Made by a program: the position numbers and the translations under genes
From: Antedon mediterranea
Taxonomy: Eukaryota > Animalia > Echinodermata
DNA: 64,000 nucleotides
NCBI RefSeq assembly: GCF_964355755.1
Contig: NC_092680.1
Coordinates: forward strand, 18,175,045 to 18,239,044
Direction: 5' to 3'
In this document: positions 52,239 to 64,000 of the stretch, piece after piece
How positions within the stretch are numbered: the stretch's first letter is position 1
Layout: each line of letters starts with the position of its first letter
The notes under the pieces: generated by a model
The model's input: the letters and a program-made list of their open reading frames with translations, nothing else
Told to the model about the DNA's origin: nothing
The model's database searches: none

Positions 52239-53554
52239 ACTGAAGATCTACGTAAGAAGCTAGTACTTTAAATATCGAACATTGTCGCAATAGGCTTTGT
52301 TACAAGCACACGTTCACATGAACATACGGGACTCCTACCACCACCACCACTACCACAAAAAAAAAAAAAAAAAAAAACGCGTATGGTAATTCCATGGCAC
52401 TTATTTCCGAAATAGTAAAAATATACAATATTATATTTAATACATATATTTATTAGTCGATTTTACAAAGAGTGTTGTAGAGGTTACGACGGTAATGTCG
52501 TAAATCGGCAACAAAAGCTCGCTCTCATCCCCCTCCTCTTGCTTATTTCGATGTATACTACATTTTAATAGAGTGTCTTGAATTACTGGACTGGAACCGC
52601 CTATGAACTTATTTATAAGTCTGTCTATCAAGAAAATTGCAATATCATTTTATTTGCATATAATTAATAAATGAAGATTACGATTAACTAAATAACATGA
52701 AACATTACACTATTAGTGGGCCTAAGAAATAGTACATTCACATTCAAATTGTCAGACCTTGGACACACAAGATATGACACAAATCAACAGAGGAAGACGA
52801 GTAAATATTAGATAGATTAGTGTCGTTTTGCAGCGGCTTTCAATCATAACAAAAGCGGCGATCAACTAAACGATTACCAAACAAAACCCGGGTTAATATC
52901 ATATAGTGTATCGGGTTACGCTATCACAAATTTCGCATCGTAAACAGAGCGATGACGAATAATAAGGTATTAAGAATTATGGATAGGAATCCCGAATGAA
53001 TGGCGTGTGGAGGTAGAACCTAACCATAGAGGCGGGACAGACACCACTGAATGAGTGGTTCTATGCATGAATGACTATGAAGTACTATAATGGTTCCGTG
53101 ACAAGTGATGGACATCTCATCCAGTAGTCACACAATACATATAGACAGAGAGTGTGCGCACTATAATAAATAAAAGGTGATTAAACTAATAAAAGAAATA
53201 TATAGTTAGAAAGTACTAAAGGGTAATCAAACTTTATTTGACTTTTCTGTGAAATAAACAGAAAAAAATTTAATGATTTCAACTCAGGGAAAAGTGCTAA
53301 ATAGATCCGTGCTAAAATATGAGAAGGGCGCCCTCAATCAGCAAAAAACTTTGTTGTTTTTACTTTTATACAAATAAACCTACAAACAGTACTACACATT
53401 TGCCGATGGACTGTCCTATCATCTTTATTTTAAACGTGTGTTTTTCTTTGTTACTGATCATAGATTCAATCATCACATGTCGTAGGTGTATTATCTATTG
53501 GTGATAGTAACACGATTTTCCAAAGATTATTATAATTATATATCTAGGCTTAGT

Positions 53555-53636
53555 GTGTATTAAATAAATAAAGCGCCTTGAGCACTTTAGTGATATGTGC
53601 GCTGTATAAATCTTATTATTATTGTATTATTATTTA
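53555..53636 (+). mobile_element. L2/SINE 3' tail remnant
   Basis: aaagcgccttgagc...gcgctgtataaat + (tta)n. Confidence 0.6.
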
Positions 53637-56600
53637 AGATGTTCGTATAATGAGTTTTAAAACGAGAAACGGGCCTAACGGAGATATAGAATCGTCCTCA
53701 GCAAGGGTCACGTTAAACTGACCTGCTTTTTACATTCATGATGTTAGAACAGCCTGCGAGTTAAATTATGGCATAATATGCTTGGCGGGCAGTTTATGTA
53801 GGTCAGTAGCTAAGGGACCTCTACGTGTACTTTATGGTCAGGACCTAAGTGTTACTGTCAACTTCCAAGGGGTACACAAGGAACGGTTAGTCATGGCGAG
53901 CAAAACTAGTTCTCGGAAGCGATTCAAATTAAAGTAATACGTGCGCATGGGCCCTGGCGATCACCAGTCCCCATGTGGTTGTGTGGATGGATGCCGTAAA
54001 CAGGGGCTTAGGGACAAAAATCGCCAAACGTCTGCGTTTTATTAAGAGTTAGCCATATACGTCTAGCAGAGATTGAAACAATTAACTATTGTTTTTCTCG
54101 ATCGAAGAATTTGTTGTTTCGTTCTGAAATGAAACAGTCATTTTTAAAACTCTCAAAAGACAAAGGATTTAATATTAACTGTTGGTGAATACCCCCAGAG
54201 CTGAAATGTCCCCCTGCCCCAGGAGAGGAGCTGCCGCGTAAACTTTCCTCCAACAAGCCTGATATGTGACTAAACATAGTTACATTGGCCAGTCGGAGAC
54301 GTTGAACGCCATCACATCTGGAATAAACATAGTTAAAACCTATCTTGACCAACCTGATAAACTCATCTACAAAGTTTGCACTTTTTTTGACGTGACAGAA
54401 AGAAACATATATCTTAATAATATTCTAAATCCAAATTACTGAAAATAACAATGCTGTGGGCATCAGTAGATGGATGATACAAAATAAAGTAAGCAAAAAG
54501 CTAAATCAAAACGATAAAGTAAAACAGCCAGAAAAATTAGCAGAGCCTTATAAGTGCAAGTGAGCTTGGACAAAGTAGAGATTTTTTTTATACAGAATGG
54601 TGTTCAAGAACAGACAGGTTTATTTAAAATGTAACTGTACTTCGTATATACACAGTTATTTGTATACCTTATTACTGCATATATAACATTATTATACTTA
54701 AGAAAATGTTGCATGATATCTATTATAATAACACTAACCAGAAATATGTTACTCATCGACCAAAACTTGTTTGAGATGGGAACTATTTAATTCCACTTTC
54801 GACTATGTTGAAGCGGCATTTATATTTGCGAAAAATGTATTTTTCAGAACAATTTCACAATCTGATCGCAAAAATGAATTCACTAATTAGATGGTGCCCG
54901 TCTATTTAAATGGGACACCGCTAGTTTAAAGTAATAATAATTCGTTTATGATGAATATGGAGACACGACGATCGATAAACGACGTATATTGTAGGCCTAT
55001 CCCGATTTTCGTAAGTTGGGGAACCCTTATGTGAAAGATTGATTTGGTTCTCATTGCTTTTTGAATATAACAATATAATTACTTTTAATTTTTTATTTTA
55101 AATAAAGAAAGACTTTTATCTTTAATTTCAAAATGTGCTTATTTTATTTTTATTTTATTTGTAGGCCTACAGTTATTGTACGCCTATTTGTATACGCAGT
55201 GTGAAACATTATAATACGAGCATGGTGTGGTTGTATTAAACGCACTTTGATTTGGTTCGTCAATGTCTGTGTTCGTTCTCGTATAGAACCTTTTTTTTTA
55301 ATGTCATTACATCGTATGCCACCTGAAAGACGAAGGGACTTCAAGAGCGCCAATGTAAAACGTAATTTTCCCTAAATACCGATTGTTTACGGTAAAACAC
55401 CTTGAAAAGTGCAACTGATATGACCCCTTATCTCGATAAAAATAATACATGTGAATCACAATCAGATATTCCATACTTGACCCAGAATTATTTAATGTCG
55501 CGTGGTCAATATCAAGTGGCCTTAAAGAGGTCACTGTACTTTTGTGTTTAATCGTAAGGCGAGTCTGGTAAGGAACTATAGAATTTGAATATCTGCATAC
55601 ATCGCTATGATGTTTTTTTTGTCTTTCGGGGAGGGAACAACCCACTTTTTTATTTCCACTCTTTTCCACCTTTTTCATTACTTCTTACAAATGAGAATGT
55701 GTTAAAATCGCTATATAGCTAATGTAAAAGTAATGTGTGGGAATAGCCGTACTGGGCTGAATTGTGCACAGGAGGTGTGAATAATGTATACGACAATATC
55801 CACGTTGTACCGCTGCCATTAAACGCCGTATTCGTTTTCCAAGACAGGGACTGAGGTGTTTTGTTTTAGATAACTATATGTTTTCCCACTTTTCCAAGAT
55901 TTTGTCAATGACTAGCAAACTAGAATAGTACCCACTAAAACATGTTATTCTTCATCTTCATCAACTTTATGATCAGCACAGTGGTAGATATAGGATTTTG
56001 AAATAGGGTGGGTGTGGGGGTTACAACGTCATACACTAAAACCAAGTGTTCAACTTGGGTCCACTTATTGTTATTACCATAATTCACCAAAATAAATGAC
56101 TATTATCCAGATATACCATATGTAGGCTTATACATTATACTAATGTCTTGATGTAGTTTCATTAATGAACAATAAGTTCATTCGAGTTTAAATTGACGTA
56201 GAAAACTGGCTTGCTACCAGAACACAGAAATAAGTAATCGACCAGGACGTCATGACCAGTAAATTATCATCATTCGATTAATCGCAAAAATGTAGCAGAG
56301 TAACATGCTCCGCTTTTGATCTTTAAGTCAAAGTTCGATGTTCTAGAAATCCTGCTCGAAATGTTGTCGTCTGCCGTCAAGGTGTTGAAAATGTAAGAAG
56401 ATATTAATACGCCGTTGTTTCACGCTGTGTAAAACAATCCGCCAAGTAAAATAAGCCTGAGGGCCGGGGTCATCGACTTGTGAACTTTTGAGCGATGGAC
56501 GAAATAATGTATTAATTTGATGTGAAATATTTGGGTAAGAATGACATCTAGAGGGAAGAGGACATGACCTATTTAACAGGTTATCCATCAAATTATATTA

Positions 56601-56711
56601 ATTAAAGTCCGTCAAATTAGGACCAAGATTGCGTACCTTAGAAAAGCGTACTTATTTTCATAAAGCATTAAACCTACATAATTGCACCACTTCATATAAA
56701 GGCAAAGTCTA

Positions 56712-58487
56712 CAGGCCCGTATGCAGCATTTATAATGGGGGGGTGCGAGCAACAATGGCTGGGGGCCAGGGGGCCGCCAAGGGCCCCCGGTCAGGGTCCA
56801 GGGGCCGAAGGCCCTGGAAAAATTTGCGTTATTTGACGTTCTAAAGACTGATGTAAGACTCTCTGTTGTGGCTTGGGCTAGTTGAACGATGGACACCAGA
56901 ACTTAACGCTTTCATGAGATGAGGCCAACTCAGCAGGGGTGGCGCCAGGATCTTCCCGACGCGGGGGCTACATTCCCCGACGAGGGGGCTATGCGAGCGA
57001 AGCGAGCATCACTAGGCTGAGGGCCAGGGGCCGCCAAGGGCCCCCGGTGGGGGTCCAGGGGGCGAAACCCCCGGAAGCAACGCGTTCTAGCGTCATTTGA
57101 GGTCTTTTTAATCAGATTTAGGGTAGCCATTTTTTCCATTTTTTATAATGCATAAATAAAATACTGCGTGCAAAAAAACGGTGCGCGATGACGGTTTCAA
57201 TCCATATTTTTCAATTTAAAAAATAAAAGTTCAAAGAAAATTTTGAAAAATAGAGTTGGAGGTCCCGGAAATTGGACTTATTATACTTCAAAACATGAAA
57301 AAAAATATATAAGTCCCTATCATGGGTTGTGACTGAGCTAAGAAATGTTTGAAAAATAGAGATGTTAGGTCCCGGAAAATGTACTTCTTGTTCTTCGAAA
57401 TACGACCAGCTTTATTGTTGGGGCTGAGCTAAGAAAATACGGTTTAAAACTAGAGCTGCAGGTCTTCAAAAAATTGCATTTTATACTTTGGAAACATCAG
57501 GCCTAGAGGCTTAAAAAACGCAAGCGTAGACCTTTTTCAGTCGGGGAAAAAAGTTTATTCCTCCCAGGTGTATGCATGCGTACCATCTGGACTTCCGAGT
57601 GGTGAGAAATTCATGACATACAGGATATTGAAAATGTAATAACTATAGCTATAATGTTGGCTAAGCGAAAATGGCATGTTTTTTTGTTTAGTAATGGATG
57701 AAAAATTTATTTTAGGTGCCCCACGGTACAGAAGGTTACTTGTAAATTAAAAAATTGGTGAACAAACGAACAATTAACATAATTCGTTTTTGCTGTAGTG
57801 TAGCGTACGTCGACGCAGTACACGACGTAACCGTCGGTAAACTTCGCCTGGAAAATAACACATTACACATTTTGGTCCCTGGATGAAACTTGATATCACG
57901 CGTCTCGACCCAACGTTGAACGATTCGTACAAAGAGATACCGCCAGACAAGTGCGTACCTAGCTATTGTTTAGTAGTAAGTTAGATCGCTGGCAATAATG
58001 AATGCATATAAAGTGCATAATGTCACTCTGACGTACTCTCACGGTCAATGAAACGTCGCGGTTTTCTAGGCGCTGAAGCTAGCTACGAAGTGAACGCGAA
58101 CGCTTTTTACTGTATATTATATTCCCCGACAAAAAGTACACGTGTTCCCTGACGTTAAGTTGTCTGTATTTCTCCAGCAAACACTTTACCGCGTACCGCG
58201 TACATGAAGCGCTAAGCTATTGCTTGTCGTCACATGATCGACTGCGCATGTTTTACATCGAGTTTGTAGTCAGTTCAGATTCCGTAATTTAATTACCGGT
58301 ATTTTTTCATTTTATATTAGCATATTTTTTTTTGTATACCATTGATAATGTAAATTTTGTATATATATAATGATATTGTCTTTAGTTAAACAAGACAAGA
58401 AAAAATACCAACCGAGGAAATAGTGGACCTTTTGGGACTTGGGGGGGTGCGTCTGCACCCAACGCACCCCCCCTGGATACGGGCCTG
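56712..58487. mobile_element. ~1.8-kb non-autonomous DNA transposon with nested GC-rich MITE end
   Basis: TIR CAGGCCCGTAT(G/C)CAG at both ends; GTCTA direct repeat on both flanks; nested CAGGGGTGGCGCCAGG start at ~56935; no transposase ORF seen. Confidence 0.75.
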
Positions 58488-60721
58488 GTCTACCACTTTC
58501 AAAGCTTGGTTTCAACTAGGACGCAATCAATCAATCAATGACAACATCGACAGTGTGGATGATCCATCCCGTCGTGATTGGTCAAGTTATACCTGCGTTG
58601 CGCTTACATCCTTGCAACGTACGAAGCGCACCGCAAGTGGGTTGACCAAATCAGAAGCGACAGATCCGGTGATCCATCGCGTATTGATTGGTCAAATTAC
58701 CTACGTTACGCTTACATCCATCCGACGTAAGCGCAACGCAAGTGAGCTGACGAAATCAGAAGTGACACCGGTGATCCATCCATCGTAATTGATCAAATAC
58801 ATTGCGTCGCGTTCAAGTGGAAACCAACCTTAGGGTGGGGTAATTTTGCCACACCACGTTGGATGATGTATTACAGTATTATACCATAGCGACGTTTCAC
58901 ACGGTGTCGTGATCTCTCGAAGTCAAAGTTATTCAATTTTATAGGCGGATACAATAACATGTAAATTATTGTGAGTCGTATATCAAACTATTTCAACAGT
59001 TAAAGTAATGTAATCGCTATGTTAAAAGTGCACACATTATAACATGGATCACGCGGTCGCATTAAGTGGAGGCAAAGTGCAAAAGTTGGTGACGGTGTAC
59101 TTTAATTCACAACGTCGTAATGATCGACTTCATAGTAAACTGTCGAAACAAACCTCTTCAAACACCACTTGGACGAAACGCAACGAAAACGCATGCAACG
59201 ATGTAGCGCAACGCAAGTGAGGTGCGCAACTGTTTGTTTGGATGATGCATCGGACGTGATTGGTCAAATTGATTGCGGTGCGCTTATTTCATCATTGCGT
59301 TGCATGCAAGTGAGAAACAAGTTGCTGTTATTAACAAACACCAAGCATGAGTTTCAAACTAAATAAATTCTGTTGAAATACATTATTTTGCAGTATAAGC
59401 TTAACGATTGGTTCCTATTGGGACGCAACACAAGGACGTAAACGCAACGCAAGCGTGTTGACCAATGACATGCAACAATTCGGATAATCCATCGCTTGTG
59501 ATTGGTCAACTCACTTACGTTACGTTACGTTCTTGCGATAAATCTCTATTGGGAACCAGCCATAAATTGTGATGTGCATGCGTTGATGAAAATACAATAA
59601 TAAAGCCACCACGGCGCTTATTCAGCGGCAGCGACTTGTTCGATTGCGGTACTAATACGACTATTTACAAAGTGGTTATGCAAGAACAATACGAACTAAA
59701 GAGCAAATCGGCCGTAAAAAAGTGCAACAAGCAATAATTCAAGTAAACTTGACATTTGACAACCCAATAAACCACAACACCTTGGATTTTATTTCTTTAT
59801 CGTCTGTGATTAATGACTCGTACGCGGCTACCTGTTGTTCATACGTCTATTCTTGCACGTAATAAATCATTTTAGACATATCTCTGGTGAGAGAAAATAA
59901 ATACATTTTTGGTGGTATTTTATACCCATTGCGGTGCTTATTCTACAGCAGGAGCGTTTAAGTCTGGTATTCCAAATTGAACGCAAGGTTGTACACGTAA
60001 TAGGATGATTAATTGCGTCGTAAATGGTAAAATTATACGCCTCATCATTTCATTGCGCGTGGAAATCCAACTTAAGCTTGGTTGGTTCCCACCTAGCGAA
60101 GCAAAGTAACGCAACCTACGCAACGTAAGAAAATGCCCTTCCAATAATTGTGTTTTCCCCCGCCTGCGTGAAATAAAACCTGCGATGTTTGCAGCACTGT
60201 TGCGTCGTCGGTTCCCACTTGTGATTACGTAGTACAGCACTTTGCGTCGATACGTCGCTAGCTAATGGCAACCGAGCTTTAGAAAAATATATACGGTGTT
60301 AAATAATGAATAATTAAAACTGTCTTTGGCGTTTTTTGTAAGAAATATGTCTTGTTTTGAAAATTTTTGTTTCGTACGTCTGAACATGCTAAACTGCAAT
60401 AAAACTCCAATCCAAGTAAAAGTACAGCAGCTAATTACTTCAAACTAGACAATAATACAACAATACCAAGGATTTTATTTCTCAATCGTCTGTGATAAAT
60501 GATTCGTATACGGCTAACTTTTGTTGTTCATAATCTTTTAAAATCGATTGCACCTCTTCTGTTAATTTACATCAGTTGACTGATATAATATTAATACACA
60601 GAGATTACAATGGTATTTCGTTTACAGTGTGGGTCCATTAATGATGAATACATTAACAAAAAAATCATAAGCTTAGATAAATAGACAAACAAATAATTTT
60701 TAGTGTTGCACATCAATAATA

Positions 60722-60869
60722 AGCTCTGTCTACACTATCTAACTACTTTGATGTGCCCAAATATGGTAGTGATATTCCCAAATATGGTGGTGATGTGACA
60801 TAATCATGTCTATATATGGGCACATCACATTGTTTGTAACATAAAGTTTGATAGAGTGTAGACAAGGCT
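60722..60869. mobile_element. MITE family A
   Basis: agctctgtctacactatc...gtgtagacaaggct. Confidence 0.85.
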
Positions 60870-60904
60870 TTCGATTTGTTTCAGGTAGGGTACTCCTGGT
60901 GGTG

Positions 60905-61010
60905 AATTGGGCAGTACACCGGGAGACGAACCCTAATACTCTGTACTGCGTTCTTTAACGTTGCACACAGGACTTACGGCTTAACGTCTCATCCGAAAGA
61001 CGATGCGCAT
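60905..61010 (-). mobile_element. Deu-domain SINE fragment
   Basis: Minus strand gtctttcggatgagacgttaagccgtaagtcctg...aacgttaaagaac matches the DeuSINE core as recalled. Confidence 0.65.
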
Positions 61011-61532
61011 CTTTTTTTACACAATAAATATAATAATGACGAATCAATATTATTTCGATCATCGTGGTGGGTAAAATTTAATTGCGTTCAAAATAAAATC
61101 CTACACGCGGTCCCTCCGTCGGGCAACTCCTCCACTGACCCACAGGCGTTCTCGTGGCCGCGTAAGAACCGCAAGCAACGGCACTCCGCAAGCGTTACGA
61201 TTTTTGTCGATTTACAACGATCCGACAGGGTGAGCTGCTACTAAACATCACGTCTTTTTATGTAAGCAAATTGTTCAAACGTGTAAATAAAACATCGCCA
61301 ATGGTAATAAAGTAGGTCTCTAATTAAGACCCACGTGTTACCGACTCGGCATGAAACTGAACTTGCCTTTGAAGTTCTTCGCCATGCGCAACCTACCGGT
61401 AGTTAAAACACCCCGTTAGCACCAATTAAAGCAGTACATGTGATCAGATGCCTACCTCCCACAAATGATGACGATTAGAAAACATGATTAATGATATTTA
61501 ATGATTCAAACTATCAAAGGTAGGCCTACTAT

Positions 61533-61623
61533 CAGTGGCGTCACGGCTATGAGCACTTACTGGCTAAACCCAGGGGCCGCGGAGCTTATGGGGGAGCCCG
61601 AGGCCTTCAGCGTTACACCACTG
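61533..61623. mobile_element. 91-bp hAT MITE with perfect 8-bp TSD
   Basis: CCTACTAT|cagtggcgtcac...gttacaccactg|CCTACTAT. Confidence 0.85.
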
Positions 61624-62763
61624 CCTACTATCTCATGGAATACTCATCACTAACCGAACCGATACTTTGAATCAACATTAACGGGTCCATTATCGGCTGA
61701 CGTTCGGTGGGGATACAACTTTTGGAGGCCTATAACTTTTTAATGCAGAATAAAATGTTTTCATACTGATTGAAAAAGTACTAAAAACTAAAATTTTCTG
61801 CAAAAAACTACGTCAAGTGTGCAAGTATAAAGTACGTGGTAATCGTTGTTTCATTTAAGGAACAGTTTTAGAAATTATGCTGCAACTTGCTAGAGTTTGA
61901 TTTACTTCTGATCATCCGAACCGATTGAGGGCGCCAAATAAAGAAATGTATTTCTTTGCTATTTGATAGCAGTGCTTTACAAAAACAGAAAACCATAGTT
62001 TTTTTGCTGAGAACTTGGAATCAGCATATTAGCAACTATTAAGCTCTATGTGCATGGTATGAGTTATTTTGCGGACAATTTCATACTACATATTCAGTTA
62101 GCATTCAAATATGCACTCAAATATGCACGAGGCAGTAGAATTTCTGTTTTAGAGGAAACCTCTATTAAGGGGACAATTCCTGTCAAACGAACGAAGAGAA
62201 ATTTCAACCACTAATCAGAGGACACTTAGGTCCTGAAAGTGTACTCTGATTAGTGCTGCTATTTTATTATATTTAATGACGATGACAGTGTCATCACTTC
62301 TGTACTTATAGACTTATTAGGATTACTGCTTTATCTCATCTATTTGCTGATCAGCATTGCCCATTTCAATTATTAAACAAGCCCAATTAGACTTGTAAGC
62401 ATAATCATGATAATTCAGATACCGTATATGAGGAAAAAATTTAAAAGCATTTACAAAACCATATAAAAATTACATTACAGGTTTGGATAGAATTAATTAC
62501 TTTTTTACTTTTTCAAGGGTGCTGTGAGTCATAACTAAAAACATTCACAGGGGTCTGTGCTTGGTTTTCTCTGTGGTAAAATAAATCCTTTAGCCTTTAG
62601 AATAATGACGATGAATTATTATAGGTTCAATTTGTTTGTGTGGTCTTTAAAACCACAGTATATAGACTCCACCTAAATAAAACCTTTTCTATGGTCCTGA
62701 TTGTATGATATAACCATTTTCAATTACCATTCAGGGAAACCCACGTCACAAAATCTTCAAATA

Positions 62764-63035
62764 TCAGGATTCACTGAAGACAGACTCCACAATGTCGACC
62801 AGACCACTTTCCTGGAGAGCTTTCACCAGAGTATCTTTTGTTGCAGATTCTCCTTCTCTTTCTTGCCAGAGATGCAGCAGCTGTCGTGCCTGCTCTTTTG
62901 CCTCCGAGTGTTCTGTCTGCAGGTTTGTGATGTCATCGTCGCTCAAGAACAACTCACTAGCCAATGTCTTCCAGTTTTCGCCAACTTTATTGACCACCGC
63001 CTCTAATTGGTCATCAGTCAAAACATCACTTTTCT
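62764..63035 (-). CDS. THOC1: THO complex subunit 1, last coding exon (death domain)
   Basis: ttttag acceptor; EKSDVLTDDQLEAVVNKVGENWKTLA...ARQLLHLWQEREGESAT...LVKALQESGLVDIVES* resembles the vertebrate THOC1 C-terminus. Confidence 0.88.
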
Positions 63036-63512
63036 CTAAAAAAGTAATAGATTTTATTACAATTAAAATTTAAAAACTTGTATATCTATTTAAAGAATTT
63101 TTATTATTAAAACTTTGGTCTTTGGCTTTAACTGTAGATACTATACACTACCATTAGAAATGTCTAATAATTATAATTACTACAAAAACATACAATAACA
63201 AAAGAAAAGAAATGGAAATGTACATGTTCCATTTGTCTGAAATAAAGTTGAATTGAAATATAGAATTTATACCCTTAAATATTAATGATATAACATTATT
63301 ATAACACACACATGTCATGAATTATTATTTGATAACAATTGGGGTATTTAATGCTCAGCTTTTGGTACAACATTTATAGAAATTTGTTTGACATGGTTGT
63401 GTGGTGAACAATTCAGGATCGAAATCTATAGTACAATGTATGCCATTTACTACTATTCTACTATATTATTCTATTAGTATATATTGTATTTATATAGTGC
63501 AAAATAAACTAA

Positions 63513-63849
63513 AGATATATTGTCGCCCTGAATAAAAATTGTTTTTAATTTTTTGTTGAAAAATCATTTTAATGTCACATTAATATAGTTATTCACTTTG
63601 ACCAAATATTGGATCACTTAAAACATTTAGTTATCTGAAAAAATGTATTAAAAACAAAAAAATACTTAAATTGTATGTCAGACAATGGTTTTTGGTTAAA
63701 ATTAACCGTTTATTTTGTCTTTTAAAGTGTAATCCTTGTTTTTGTTCATTTTTTTTCTATAGTAGAAATAAATAACTGCAAAATGATGGCCTATTCAAAG
63801 GCTGATTTTATAATTTTCATATTTCATATTTTTGGGGGCCAAACTATCT
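63513..63849. mobile_element. MITE family C in THOC1 intron, CTAA TSD
   Basis: CTAA|agatatattgtcgccc...gggggccaaactatct|CTAA. Confidence 0.7.
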
Positions 63850-63897
63850 CTAAGCATTTTTTTAATGCACCAATCTTTTATAACATTAATACATTAC

Positions 63898-63979
63898 CTT
63901 CTTCACCACCTTGGAGAAGATCATCCGTTTCTGCAAATCCTTCACCAGTCTTAATCTCTTCTGATGAGGACAACGTTTG
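63898..63979 (-). CDS. THOC1: THO complex subunit 1, penultimate coding exon
   Basis: tttacag acceptor; QTLSSSEEIKTGEGFAETDDLLQGGEE (human THOC1 recalled as PSEEIKTGE...DALL); gtaatg donor, phase 1 joins the last exon. Confidence 0.85.
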
Positions 63980-64000
63980 CTGTAAAATTAAATTTTAACG

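Noticed and set aside
56612-57139. GC-rich ORFs / CpG-island promoter
   Set aside because: Sequence is the GC-rich subterminal region of DNA-transposon MITEs
62701-63073. Plus-strand ORFs; death domain as ankyrin/FADD/MyD88-type gene
   Set aside because: Antisense shadows; the upstream SEEIKTGE exon points to THOC1

Overview
AT-rich, intron-containing animal DNA, probably a marine invertebrate deuterostome such as an echinoderm (inferred from a Deu-domain SINE and the gene content). Three spliced genes lie on the minus strand, reconstructed by hand from GT-AG junctions with consistent phases: (1) the 5' part of a signal peptide + YWTD beta-propeller + EGF gene of the LDL-receptor/LRP family (6 exons, 4814 to ~619, continuing off the left edge); (2) a complete 5-exon, 501-aa clan-2 cytochrome P450 (33178 to 21582, CYP17/CYP1/CYP21-like); (3) the last two coding exons of THOC1 (death domain) at the right edge. 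The rest is transposon debris: L1/Tx1, CR1/L2 and Penelope-like fragments, tRNA-derived SINEs, Helentron-type elements and several MITE families. Most notable: several hammerhead-ribozyme motifs linked to Penelope-like elements; a tandemly duplicated, inverted, decayed paralog of the YWTD gene; and a strong excess of TAGGCCTA/TACCGGTA palindromes that appear as 6-bp insertions when repeat copies are compared, consistent with DNA-transposon excision footprints. All calls are from reading the sequence; no searches were run and repeat boundaries are approximate.
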